A stretch of 64,000 nucleotides of DNA, from positions 288,001 to 352,000 of the forward strand of contig OZ253555.1 in assembly GCA_965262725.1 (NCBI GenBank), given 5' to 3'. Below the pieces are notes generated by a model. That model had not been told where the DNA came from, ran no database searches, and was given only the letters and a program-made list of their open reading frames with translations. This DNA is from Dehalococcoidia bacterium. Lineage in GTDB: Bacteria; Chloroflexota; Dehalococcoidia; UBA2979. Both the position numbers and the translations under genes were made by a program. This document shows positions 50,024 through 59,879 of the stretch, piece by piece. Numbering within the stretch: the stretch's first letter is position 1; each line of letters opens with the position of its first letter.

Positions 50024-51115
50024 CTACGCCGCCTCGGCCGCGCGCGCGTGGCGCAACGGCTCGTAGACCTCCCCGCTCTTCCAGAGCGCAAGCATCAGCA
50101 CCGCCAGTCGCCTCGCGACCGCGACGACGGCACGCTTCTTCGCATTGCCGGCCCCCGACTCCGCGTAACGCAGCCCCCACCTGCGGAGGTCGCTGTCGGG
50201 GCCGAAGGGGCCCAGGATGTAGTGCGCGGCCTGGTTCAGCACCCGGCGCAGCGCCACGTCCCCTTCCTTCGTGATCCGCAGCTGGGGCTGCCGATCACCG
50301 GAATCGCGGCTCCGGGGCACCAGCCCCAGGTAGGGCCCCACCTCCCTGTTCTTGGGGAAGCGGGCCGGGTCCTCGATGGTGAGGATGAAGGTGAGCGAGG
50401 TGATCGGGCCGACGCCCACGATCTGCCGCAGCGCGCCGGTCTCCGCGTAGCGCTCGCACATCGCGGCGAGCTTCTTGTCGGCCTGGCGGATCTCCCCGGT
50501 CAGCTGCTCGATCTGGTGGAGCACCGGCAGCAGCGCCGGGCCCAGCTCCTCGGGGATGTGCTCTCTGACCGCGCGGTGGAAGGCCGGCGCCGTGCAGCCC
50601 GGAAGCGCCGCGCCCCACGCCTTCACCGCGCCCCGGACGTGGTTGATGAACATCGTGCGCGCCCGGACCAGCGCCTCGCGGCTGCGGAGCACCTGGAGGT
50701 CCGCCTGCGCCATGGCGCTTCGGTGCCGGATGGGGAAGAGGAGCGCCGGGTCGAATCGGCCGAGCCGTGCGAGGTGCTCGGCATCGGAGCGGTCGGTCTT
50801 GCGCTGGCTGCGCGCGATCAGCCTGACCTGCCTCGGGTTGGCGACGATCACGTCGTGACCGAGCTCCGCGAACATCCGGCTCAGCCACGGGGACCGCGGC
50901 CCCACCTCCATCACCACCCGCGCGCCCTGCAGTGGGGTGAGCGCCCGCGTGAGCGCCGCGGTCGTGGTGCGGACTCGCTCCTCCCGCACGATCTCCCCGT
51001 CGCCACCGAGGACGCAGAGGTGACTGTAGCGGTCGCTGACGTCGATGCCGACAGTCACGAGCTCCGCATCCCCCACCTTCCTGCTCTCTGTGACATCTGA
51101 TGTACGCTGTGCCAC
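50024..51115 (-). CDS. IS110 DEDD recombinase/transposase
   Basis: GIDVS, VMEVG, KTDRSDA, GVGPITS, YLGLVP...DSG...ITK.G, AVARRL; start inferred at GTG 51115. Confidence 0.92.
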   Translation of the reverse strand: MAQRTSDVTESRKVGDAELVTVGIDVSDRYSHLCVLGGDGEIVREERVRTTTAALTRALTPLQGARVVMEVGPRSPWLSRMFAELGHDVIVANPRQVRLIARSQRKTDRSDAEHLARLGRFDPALLFPIRHRSAMAQADLQVLRSREALVRARTMFINHVRGAVKAWGAALPGCTAPAFHRAVREHIPEELGPALLPVLHQIEQLTGEIRQADKKLAAMCERYAETGALRQIVGVGPITSLTFILTIEDPARFPKNREVGPYLGLVPRSRDSGDRQPQLRITKEGDVALRRVLNQAAHYILGPFGPDSDLRRWGLRYAESGAGNAKKRAVVAVARRLAVLMLALWKSGEVYEPLRHARAAEAA

Positions 51116-52623
51116 GGTCGGTCTCCTACCTCTCTCGGCTCGCCTGAGCCGTTCTCCTGGGCCACCACGTGAGCCCGTGCTTGGAGGGGAAGTATCCCCT
51201 CTGAGGAGGGGACCGACCCTCATGTCATCTTGTTCGCCGCCTTCATCGCTCGTACGGCCCCATCAGACTGCTGCGCATCGTGCATCATCGGCTACGGTTT
51301 ACGTCCCTTCCCGACGCGGTCCCGGCGTACGACTCGTCGGGACAACGCGCAGCTCTCCCAAGTCCCGGCGATAGACGTGTGTGCGTGCATGGGGTCTTCG
51401 ACACCGTGGGGCCCGACCACGACTCGCCAGTAGCGCCGTCGCCGGTATTGCCTTCGACCAATCCAAGAGCCTCGGCACCCCAAATGGCCCTTTCGATGCT
51501 CATTAGCCCCGCCCGCACACCCCGCTGCCGACGCTTCACAAGCCGCCTCGCGACGACCCGCGCACGGCTCGCGGAATGACATGAGTGGCTAGCTCTTTGC
51601 CATAGAGGACTTCCACCTCCTGCCTACTCGCCAGTTAGCCTGGCGCTCTGGATCAGGGCTAAGCGCCCTTGAACTCATGGCGCTCGCCAGGGAGACAGGC
51701 CTACCTATCGACTGGTTCGTCGCAGAATCGTCTCCGACCGTTACCAGCCACCGTGCGGGCAGTCTCAGCGCGTCAACGATCGTCAACGTGCGTGTCGATG
51801 TCCTCGTGCGGGACGTGACCCAGCTCATCGAGATGCATCTGCTTCGCACGGACGCGAAGCGGCCCGACCTGCGCGTTCCCCGCGATGTCGCGGGCGCCGA
51901 GGCGGCCGCACGCGCCGTGCGCACCCACCTCGAAGCCGACGCTGAGCACCCCATCGACCTCGCCGCGGCGGCTGAACGACTCGGCGTCTTCGCCTACTCG
52001 CTCGCGTTGCCGCAGAGCGACGTGGATGGCGGCTACGTGGCGCTCGACGACCAGCTCGGCGTCGCCCTGATCAACGGTGACCAGCCGTCGGCACGCCGCC
52101 GCTACACACTCGCTCACGAGATTGGCCATCATGTCTTCCAGGACGAGTATGCCGTTGACGTCGCCGCCACCGGCCGCTCGGAGACCGAGCGCACTATCGA
52201 TGCCTTTGCGATCCATCTGCTGTTGCCGCGCGCCACACTCGCTGACCGGTGGCGCGAGTTGGACGGCGACGATGAGCCCCGGACTGCCGCGCTCATCATC
52301 GGTGCCGAATACCGAGTCAGTTGGACAGCGCTCTGCGCGCAGCTCATCAATCTCGGCGTCGTGGAGCGATTCCGAGGCGAGATCATGCGGGAAACGACAC
52401 CGGTCGGGGGCGAGTACGCGGAGCTCGGCCTCGACATCGTCGAGGAGCTCGATGCGCCCTACGTCCCTCGCGGCGTCGCGCGCGCCGCCATCAGCGGCTA
52501 CCGCAGCCACCGCCTCGGCTTAGGACGAACCCTCGAGCTGCTCCACGGCACACTGGGTGAAGCGGACCTGCCCGACCGCCACGTCGTTCCGCTTGATGCG
52601 CTCGCCGGCGAGCTGCGTAGTCT

Positions 52624-52882
52624 GTGACGGATGTCGCGTTCGTCTTCGACGCCGGCCCGCTCAGCCACTTCGCGCGCGCGGGCCGGCTCGATGCGCTGCA
52701 CTTGATCTGCAGCGAGGCACGCCTCACGGTCACCGAGGCAGTGATCGGCGAGCTCGCCAGAGGCACCGCGACATACCCCTCGCTGCAGGACGTGATCGAG
52801 GCGGATTGACTGCAGCACGTCCGCGTGGACGGCCTCGCTGAGCTGGCAGCGTTCGCCGAGTACGCGCGGGTCCTTGGCTCCT
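52624..52882 (+). pseudogene. PIN-domain (DUF3368-like) toxin with internal TGA, truncated by IS256
   Basis: FVFDAGPLSHFARAG...V..EL; reads on past TGA 52807 as LQHVRVDGLAELAAFAEYARVLGS; GTGA overlap with the ImmA gene. Confidence 0.7.
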
Positions 52883-54970
52883 GAGGTATAGCCAGAAGTT
52901 GTGGATGAGCCAGGAGAGAGAGGCGGCGTACCCTCCCTGAGTCAACAGGAGTGGCCGGGAAGCCGGCCGGGGAGGAGTACGCCGGATGTTGAGGATAGTC
53001 CATGAGGGAGGCGAGCGGGAAGCGGGGCCGGGGACGCAGGTCGGACTGGACGAGCTCTGCCGTATGGCCGCCCAGGAGATGCTCGGGGTGGCGCTGGAGG
53101 CCGAACGGCAGGCCTACCTCGAGCGCCACGCGGGCGCGGTCGATGGAGAGGGCCGCCGCGTGGTCGTCGGCAACGGCTACGCCCGCGCGAGAGAGATCAC
53201 CACCGCCGCGGGACGGGTCGCCGTGCAGGCGCCGCGCGTCGACGACCGCCGTCCCGGCGAGCGCTACATCTCGGCGCTTCTGCCGCCCTACATGCGGCGC
53301 TCGCCCAAGGTGACCGAGGTGTTGCCGCTGCTCTACCTGCGCGGGCTCTCGACGGGCGACTTCCTGCCCGCCCTGTCGGCGTTCTTCGGCTCGGGGGCGG
53401 GGCTCTCCGCCTCGACCGTGGGGCGGCTCACGGAGGCGTGGCAGGCCGACCACGAGCGCTGGCAGCGACGCAGCCTGGCCGAGGTCGACTACGTCTACCT
53501 CTGGGCGGACGGCGTCCACTTCACCGTGCGTCTCGAGGAGGACCGGCTCTGCTGCCTGGTGCTGGTCGGGGTGCGCCCGGACGGCCGCAAGGAGCTGGTG
53601 GCCGTGCAGGACGGCTACCGTGAGGACACCCAGTCCTGGCTCGACCTGCTGCGGGACCTGCGCGAGCGGGGCATGCGCGACCCCGAGCTGGCCGTCGGCG
53701 ACGGGGCGCTCGGGTTCTGGGCGGCGCTGCGGGAGGTCTTCCCCCGGACCCGCGAGCAGCGCTGCTGGGTGCACAAGACCGCGAACGTCCTGGCGTCGCT
53801 GCCCGAGCGCGTCCAGGGGGAAGCGACGCGGGCGCTCCACGCCGTCTCCGGAGCCGCGACGCGCGCCGGGGCGCTGGATGCGGCGCGCGCCTTCGCCGGG
53901 CAGTTCGCGCAGTGGCCGAAGGCGACAGCGAAGGTCGCCGACGACCTCGAACGGCTGCTCGCGTTCCACGACTTCCCGTCCGAGCACCACGTGCACCTGC
54001 GCACCACGAGTAGGGTGAGGAGCTGGCGCGGTACGCGCTGTAGGCCGGTGGCGCTCTTGTTCCGAGCAGGTTTCCCCGCGGTGCCCAATCCCACGGCCAT
54101 GGCATATCGCCCGTTTCCAGCTCCTCCCCGTCAAACCGGACAGGCGGTTCTCCCGCATCCGGCTTACCGACGCCCTTCACCGGACGGCATTCGGTTTCAC
54201 CCGCCACGACCGGTTCGGCCGCGGTGCGACAACCCATCCACTGAGCGAGAGCAGACCGAGGCGGGTCGCATGGCGGTATGACACGCCGTACCGCAGACGT
54301 TGCCGACTGCGCCGACGCTTACCCCACCACACCACCAGCCGCAACGCGGCGTACGCACTGAGCTTGCGGAACGACTTCGCCACGTTCCCGTAACGAAAAT
54401 AGCCCGCCCAGCCGCGCAGGAGGCGGTTCACCTCCTGCACGATGCGCTCCACGCTCAACACCAACCGTGACCGCACCGTCATCTCACGGATGCGGTCACG
54501 TGCATGCTGCATCGCTCGTCGCGAGGGAAAGCGTGCAAGGAATCGGAGATTCGAACCCCGCCTAGCCCGTACCCACCGGTGTTCAAAGCCGAGGAACTCC
54601 AGCCCCTCGCCTCCTTCCGCCAGGTGCACGATGCGGGTCTTCTCCGCCTTCAGCTCCAGTCCGAGCTCGGCGACCAGCTCACGGAGCAGCGCCAGCGCCG
54701 CATCCGCTTCCCGCTGCGTTCCGCAGAGCACCACAAGGTCGTCGGCATATCGCACCAGCACTCCCCGGCCCCTCGTCTCCCATTCCCGGTCAACCCGGTG
54801 CAGATAGACGTTGGCCAGAAGCGGGGATACTACCCCGCCCTGTGGCGTACCCGTCACGCTGTGCCGCACGGCCCCGGACTCCATCACCCCGGCACGGAGC
54901 ATCGCCCGCACCAGCTTCAGGAGCTTCCGGTCATATATCCGCTCCTCCACCGCCTCCATCAACCGGTCGT

Positions 54971-55832
54971 GTAGGGTCAGGGGCTGGCGCGGTGCGAGCC
55001 GTAGGCGGTGGCGCATCAGTTCCAAGCCGGTTTCCCGGTGGTGCCCAACTCCACGGCCATAGCAGCGTCCGTCTCCAGCCCCTGCCACATCGAACCGGAC
55101 GTGAGGTTCTCCCTCATCCGGCTCACCGATGCCCTTCACCAGATGGCATGCAGCGCTCCCCACAACGTGGGTCGTGCCTTGGCCAGCCGGTACAGCATGT
55201 GCGGAGAGCCTCGAACCCTACCAAGTGGTTGCTAGCCCCGAGGGGCACTCACCAGTCCACACCCCCAGCAACATGCACGGACAAAGTAGGGGTCCTTCCC
55301 ATCACCGGCGGTTATGTTGTCCGTCCGGCTCCAGCGGTACTACGACCCCCTCCGCCACCCTTCCGGCTGGCTGTCCACTTCCCGGCTCTGACCGGTTATA
55401 GGACGCCTCGCTCCGACGCCCTCTCACAGGGTGCCGGGCCGGGGAGGGCTTCTCCGGTTCCCGTCGCTACCTTCCGTACGTTCCACGTCCCATACGCCGG
55501 GAGGTTTCTTGAGGCTGCATTCCAGGATCTTCACCTCGTCCATGGCCTTCGCCCTGACCACCCGGGCTCGGCTCCTCCTTGGTCCTGTCAATAGACAGGC
55601 GAGTCTCACGGCGCGGCAGACTTCGCGTCATGCTGCGGACCGCACGTTTGCTCCCCCTCATAGGGCTCTTGACGTCGGGCTTCGACGCAGACCGTTTCCC
55701 GTCCACGCCGCCGACCTGCTAACGGGCCTCCTGACAGTTACCCGTGCCGGACTCTCACCGGCTGGCAGCAACGAGCATGTCTCCGGACCGGTCACGTCAT
55801 CACGTCACCACCCCTTCGACTTCCGGACGCAC
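54971..55832 (-). mobile_element. ORF-less group II intron, copy 4 (862 nt), inside the RT ORF of intron B
   Basis: Same insertion point GAGTCGATACCGC|ACGACC as copy 2. Confidence 0.92.
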
Positions 55833-56257
55833 GCGGTATCGACTCGAAACACGAGGCGATATCCGTCTCCACCACCCATCGCCGACCCCGCCACGTCTCA
55901 TCAATGAGCACTTGCAGGGCATCATGCGCCGCACGCTTCGGGCGAAAGCCAAAGCTACACGGCAGAAAGTCGGCCTCAAAGACCGGCTCCGCCACCAGCT
56001 TCAGCGCTGCCTGTACGATGCGGTCGTGGACCGTCGGGATAGAGAGCGGTCGTCGCTCCGACCGTCCGGGCTTGGGAATCCAGACCCGGCGGCTCGGCTG
56101 CACGCGATAGCTCTCCGCCTTCAGTTCCACGTGGGAATGATGCTCTGAATTGGCCCCACCTGGAGCCGTTTTGATCCTTTGAATTGGCCCCACCCCCGAC
56201 CCATCCAGGACCTACGCTCGGGTGACTGCATGACTCCCGGAGCGAGGGAAGAGGAGT

Positions 56258-57892
56258 GTGTCGAGAGTGGAGCTGTTCGAGTCTATCCGACGGATGGCGA
56301 GGGAGGAGGAGCTGTCGATCCATGAGCTGGGACGCCGGCATGGCGTGCACCGGCGCACGGTGCGGCAGGCTCTTGGGTCGGCGATACCCCCGGAACGCAA
56401 GCAGGCGACCCGCGTGGCCCCGAAGCTCGGGCCGTACGTCTCGGTCATCCGGGGCTGGCTCGTGGACGACCTCAGCGCGCCGCGCAAGCAGCGGCACACG
56501 GCCCGGCGCATCTGGGAGCGCCTCGTCGACGAACACGGGGCGACGGTGGCCGAGCCCACGGTCCGCGCCTGCGTCGCGCGCCTGCGTCGCGAGATCCAGG
56601 GCGGGCGCGCGGTTGTGACGATCCCGCAGGTCCATCCTCCCGGCGAGGAGGCGGAGGTCGACTTCGGCACGGTGACGGTGTGGCTGGAGGGCGTCGAGAC
56701 CCGGCTGGCGATGTTCGTGATGCGGCTCTCGCATTCGGGGCGGGCGGCGCACGTCTGCTTCGTCGGCGAGGGCCAGGAGTCTCTGCTCGAGGGGCACGTG
56801 GTCGCCTTCGAGCGGCTCGGCGGAGTGCCGCGGCGCATCCGCTACGACAATCTGACGGCGGCCGTCACCACCGTGCTGCAGGGACGCGAGCGCCTGCAGA
56901 CCGAGCGCTTCATCGCGCTCCGCTCGCATTACGGCTTCGACAGCTTCTTCTGTGAGCCCGGCATCGAGGGCGCGCACGAGAAGGGCGGTGTGGAGGGCGA
57001 GGTCGGCCGCTTCCGCCGGCGGCACTTCGTGCCGGTCCCGAAGGTGGCGACCCTCGGCGAGCTGAACGAACGAGTGCGGGAGGCGGACCGCACCGACGAC
57101 GCCCGGCACATCGAGAGCCGCCTCGCCACCGTCGGCGAGATGGGAGAGAACGAGAAGGCCTCGCTGCGTCCGCTTCCGGCGGAGCGCTTCGACCCGTCAA
57201 TCCCGCTGCGCGCGAAGGTCGACCGCAAGGCGCGCATCGCCGTGCGTAGCTCCCGCTACTCGGTCCCGGCGGCCTATGCAGGCCGGAAGCTGGACGTGCG
57301 GCTGTCCGGGAACAGCCTGACCGTGTGGGCCGAGGGGCGTGAAGTCGCCCACCACGAGCGCAGCGCCCGCACCGGAGCAGAGGTCCTGCTGCTCGACCAC
57401 TATCTGGAGGTGCTCGCGCGCAAGCCCGGGGCGGTCCCGGGCTCGGTGGCGCTCCAGCAGGCGCGTGCGAAGGGACACGTCACAGCCGAGCATCAGCGCT
57501 TCTGGGACCGCGCCCGCCGCAAGCTCGGCGACCGCGCGGGCACGCAGGCGTACATCGAGGTCCTGCTCCTGCATCGCCATCTTCCCTTCACGGCGGTGCA
57601 CGCCGCGCTCGGGACGGTCAACAGGATCCAGTCGGTGAACCCCGAACTGGTCGCCATCGAGGCGCGCCGTCTCGCCGACCGCAGGCCACCAGACGCCGCC
57701 GTCGAGAGACCGCACCTGGAGCGCTACGACCGACCTGCCCCGCTCCTCGATGGCTACGATGCGCTGCTCTCGGGTGATTCCCGATGGCCCGGCACGTCGC
57801 CGGGCGGGCGCTCCCGCGCTCCGCGGTCTGCCGAGAACGCGTCGCACACCACCACAACCGCCGTCACCGCTGCGGTGTCGACGGCACGCTGA
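56258..57892 (+). CDS. istA: IS21 transposase IstA
   Basis: Translation identical to 4271-5905. Confidence 0.93.
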   Translation: MSRVELFESIRRMAREEELSIHELGRRHGVHRRTVRQALGSAIPPERKQATRVAPKLGPYVSVIRGWLVDDLSAPRKQRHTARRIWERLVDEHGATVAEPTVRACVARLRREIQGGRAVVTIPQVHPPGEEAEVDFGTVTVWLEGVETRLAMFVMRLSHSGRAAHVCFVGEGQESLLEGHVVAFERLGGVPRRIRYDNLTAAVTTVLQGRERLQTERFIALRSHYGFDSFFCEPGIEGAHEKGGVEGEVGRFRRRHFVPVPKVATLGELNERVREADRTDDARHIESRLATVGEMGENEKASLRPLPAERFDPSIPLRAKVDRKARIAVRSSRYSVPAAYAGRKLDVRLSGNSLTVWAEGREVAHHERSARTGAEVLLLDHYLEVLARKPGAVPGSVALQQARAKGHVTAEHQRFWDRARRKLGDRAGTQAYIEVLLLHRHLPFTAVHAALGTVNRIQSVNPELVAIEARRLADRRPPDAAVERPHLERYDRPAPLLDGYDALLSGDSRWPGTSPGGRSRAPRSAENASHTTTTAVTAAVSTAR

Positions 57893-57908
57893 CCACAGGA
57901 GGCACCCG

Positions 57909-58691
57909 ATGACAGCACCCCTCACCGACCAGGCCGCGGAGCTGACAATCGAGGCGATCTGCCGCGAGCTCCGTCTCCCCACCGTCAGGAAGCAGGCGCT
58001 CCCGCTCGCCGAAGCCGCGGTCCGAGACCGGATCACCCATCTGGGCTATCTCGCCGAAGTGCTGGGAGCCGAACGCGATGACCGTGAGGAGCGGCGCCGT
58101 CAGCGCCGTATCGTCGAGGCGCGGTTCCCGCGTTTCAAGTACCTCGCCGACTTCGACCTCGAGGCGGCGCCGACAGTCGACGCGCCGGCGCTCGCCACGC
58201 TGGAGCGCTGCGACTGGGTCGAAAGGGGCGAGCCCGTCGTCCTGCTCGGTGACAGCGGCACCGGGAAGTCACACCTGCTCATCGGCCTCGGCATGGCCGC
58301 CTGCCACCTGGGGCTGCGCGTGCGGTACATGACCACGGCCGCCCTGGTGAATGAACTGGCCGAAGCGTCGGATGATCGCGCGCTCTCACGCCTCGTCGCC
58401 CGCTACGGCCGCCTCGACCTGCTCTGCCTGGATGAGTTCGGGTACGTCCACCTCGACCCGCGCGGTGCCGAAATGCTGTTCCAGATCCTGACCGAGCGCG
58501 AGGAACGGGCATCGGTCGCCGTCGCCTCCAACTCCCCGTTCTCCGAGTGGGGCCGCATCTTCACCGACCCTCGTCTCGCCGCGGCCGTCGTTGACCGCCT
58601 CACCTACCGTGCCCATATCATCGAGACCGGCACCGAGTCCTACCGGCTCCGGGCCTCGACCTCCCCGAGAGGAGGTGCCCCAACGACCTGA
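57909..58691 (+). CDS. istB: IS21 helper ATPase IstB
   Basis: Translation identical to 3472-4254. Confidence 0.93.
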   Translation: MTAPLTDQAAELTIEAICRELRLPTVRKQALPLAEAAVRDRITHLGYLAEVLGAERDDREERRRQRRIVEARFPRFKYLADFDLEAAPTVDAPALATLERCDWVERGEPVVLLGDSGTGKSHLLIGLGMAACHLGLRVRYMTTAALVNELAEASDDRALSRLVARYGRLDLLCLDEFGYVHLDPRGAEMLFQILTEREERASVAVASNSPFSEWGRIFTDPRLAAAVVDRLTYRAHIIETGTESYRLRASTSPRGGAPTT

Positions 58692-59879
58692 TCCCGGTCC
58701 CCGGGGGTGGGGCCAGATCAGAGGATCAAAGTGGGGCCAGATGTAAGCATCATTCCCATTCCACGGACAGTTCGTCAAGCAGTCGGTCCACGCCGTAGCG
58801 TTCGACCTCGGCAAGGGTGATGCCGTCGATGCCGGCTGCGCCGCGATTGCGACGCACTTGCCCCCACCCGCGCTCCAGAACGTCCCTGCGGTGGACCTTG
58901 TCGTAGAGCGCATGAAAACGTCGTCCGGGCTCGGCCTTGGCCGCCCGGTAGAGCGTGCGCTGTAGTTCTCGGACCGTTTCCTTGGCGGGTCTAGCCTCCA
59001 CGGGCACTCACCGATCCTTCCCCAAGCAACACGCACAGGCGAAGTAGCGGCCCTTCCCTCACCGGCGGTTCTGTTGTCCGCTCGGCTCAGTCGGTAATAT
59101 GGCCGCCTCCGACTCCCTCCCGGCAGGTCGCCCACTTCCCGGCTCATCACCGGTTATAGGACGCCTCACTCCGACACCATTCCGCAGGTACCGGGCCGGG
59201 GAGGGCCTCCCTTGTTCCCGTTGTCACCTTCCACACGTTCCACGCCCCTTACGCCGGGAAGTTCTTCGAGATTGCGATTCCAGGTCTTCATCTCTTCCAT
59301 GGCCTTCGCCCTGAGGGTCGGGGCTCGGCTCTTCCTCTTTCCCGCCAATGGCGGGGACTCTTACGACGCGGCAGGCTTCGCTTTATGCTGCGGACCGTGT
59401 GTTTGCTTCCCCTGAAAGGGCTTTCGACGTCGGGCTCCGACCCGGTCCGTTTCCAGACCAAGCCGCCGACCTGCTACCGAGCCTCCTGATAGTTACCCGG
59501 ACCGGACTTGCACCGGTTGGCGACAACGAGCACGTCTCCAGACTGGTCAGGTCATCCTGCACCGTCCTTCAACTTCAAGGCGCACACCCGATCGAGTCCA
59601 CCTTCGCCACGGTGCGGCTGCGCCAGCGCGTCACGAAGGGCGCCGGCTCCCGGTCGGCGGGACTGGCGATGGCCTACAAACTGCTCGATGCGGCGCAGCA
59701 GCGCTGGCGGCGGGTGAATGCCCCGCATCTCGTCGCCGTCGTCCGGGCGGGCGGCGTCTTCGTCGATGGCGTCCTACAGGAACGAGCCGTCAGCCCGGAT
59801 GCGAGCGACGATGCAAGCCACGGGAGGTACGCCGCCTGACTTGCCCTGGCCAGCGATCCACAACTCTTGACGATATCTC

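Larger units (their letters stand above)
49678..51231 (-). mobile_element. IS110-family (IS1111 subgroup) element
   Basis: Subterminal inverted repeats ATGAGGGTCG (49680) / CGACCCTCAT (51214), CTT core at both junctions, ~345-bp non-coding region downstream of the transposase. Confidence 0.88.
48178..51648 (-). mobile_element. RT-encoding group II intron C (class E-like) carrying an IS110 insertion
   Basis: 5' GAGCGCC; domain V/VI GAGCCGGATGCCCGAGAGGGCACGTCCGGATCTGTGCGGGGGG...CCCTACCGCGAA; removal restores the IS1380 end. Confidence 0.87.
46529..51658 (-). mobile_element. IS1380 copy C, with a group II intron inside its terminal inverted repeat
   Basis: CTAAG duplication (46524-46528, 51659-51663); 1659 bp after intron removal; the last 10 bp (TGGATCAGGG) lie beyond the intron. 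Confidence 0.9.
46374..52627 (+). pseudogene. XRE-HTH plus ImmA/IrrE metallopeptidase fusion split by IS1380 (46374-46528, 51664-52627)
   Basis: LGLTQAELA..V.LGRS.LAKVERGARQL|SALELMALARETG rejoins in frame; RRRYTLAHEIGH, E...DAFA..LLLP. Confidence 0.88.
56132..58758 (+). mobile_element. IS21-family element, copy 2 (2627 bp)
   Basis: Proteins identical to copy 1; TTCCACG duplication. Confidence 0.92.
54177..59007 (-). pseudogene. ltrA: Group II intron RT/maturase in three pieces (59007-58759, ~56124-55833, 54970-54177)
   Basis: RRFHALYDKV...ELSVE|LKAESY...FESIP|HDRL...PQGG...YADD; IS21 breaks the N-terminal part. Confidence 0.88.
54010..59585 (-). mobile_element. RT-encoding group II intron B (related to intron A), carrying an ORF-less intron and IS21
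   Basis: 5' GTGCG at 59585, 3' CTCACCCTAC at 54010, domain V AAGCCGGATGCGGGAGAACCGCCTGTCCGGTTT. Confidence 0.9.
52986..59839 (+). pseudogene. IS256 transposase (52986-54009, 59586-59839) broken by an antisense intron
   Basis: NGY, YLRGLSTGDF, YLWADG, GDGALGFW, QRCWVHK, LRTT|NPIESTF rejoins in frame. Confidence 0.9.
52883..59879 (+). mobile_element. IS256-family element interrupted by group II intron B
   Basis: Inverted repeats GAGGTATAGCCAGAAGTTGTGGAT / ATCCACAACTCTTGACGATATCTC; no target duplication. Confidence 0.88.

Noticed and set aside
3159-55832. Repeated ORFs of 60-250 aa (e.g. MRAVGGGASVPS..., MDGKRSASKPD...) recurring four times
   Set aside because: They are translations of the ORF-less intron RNA, not genes.
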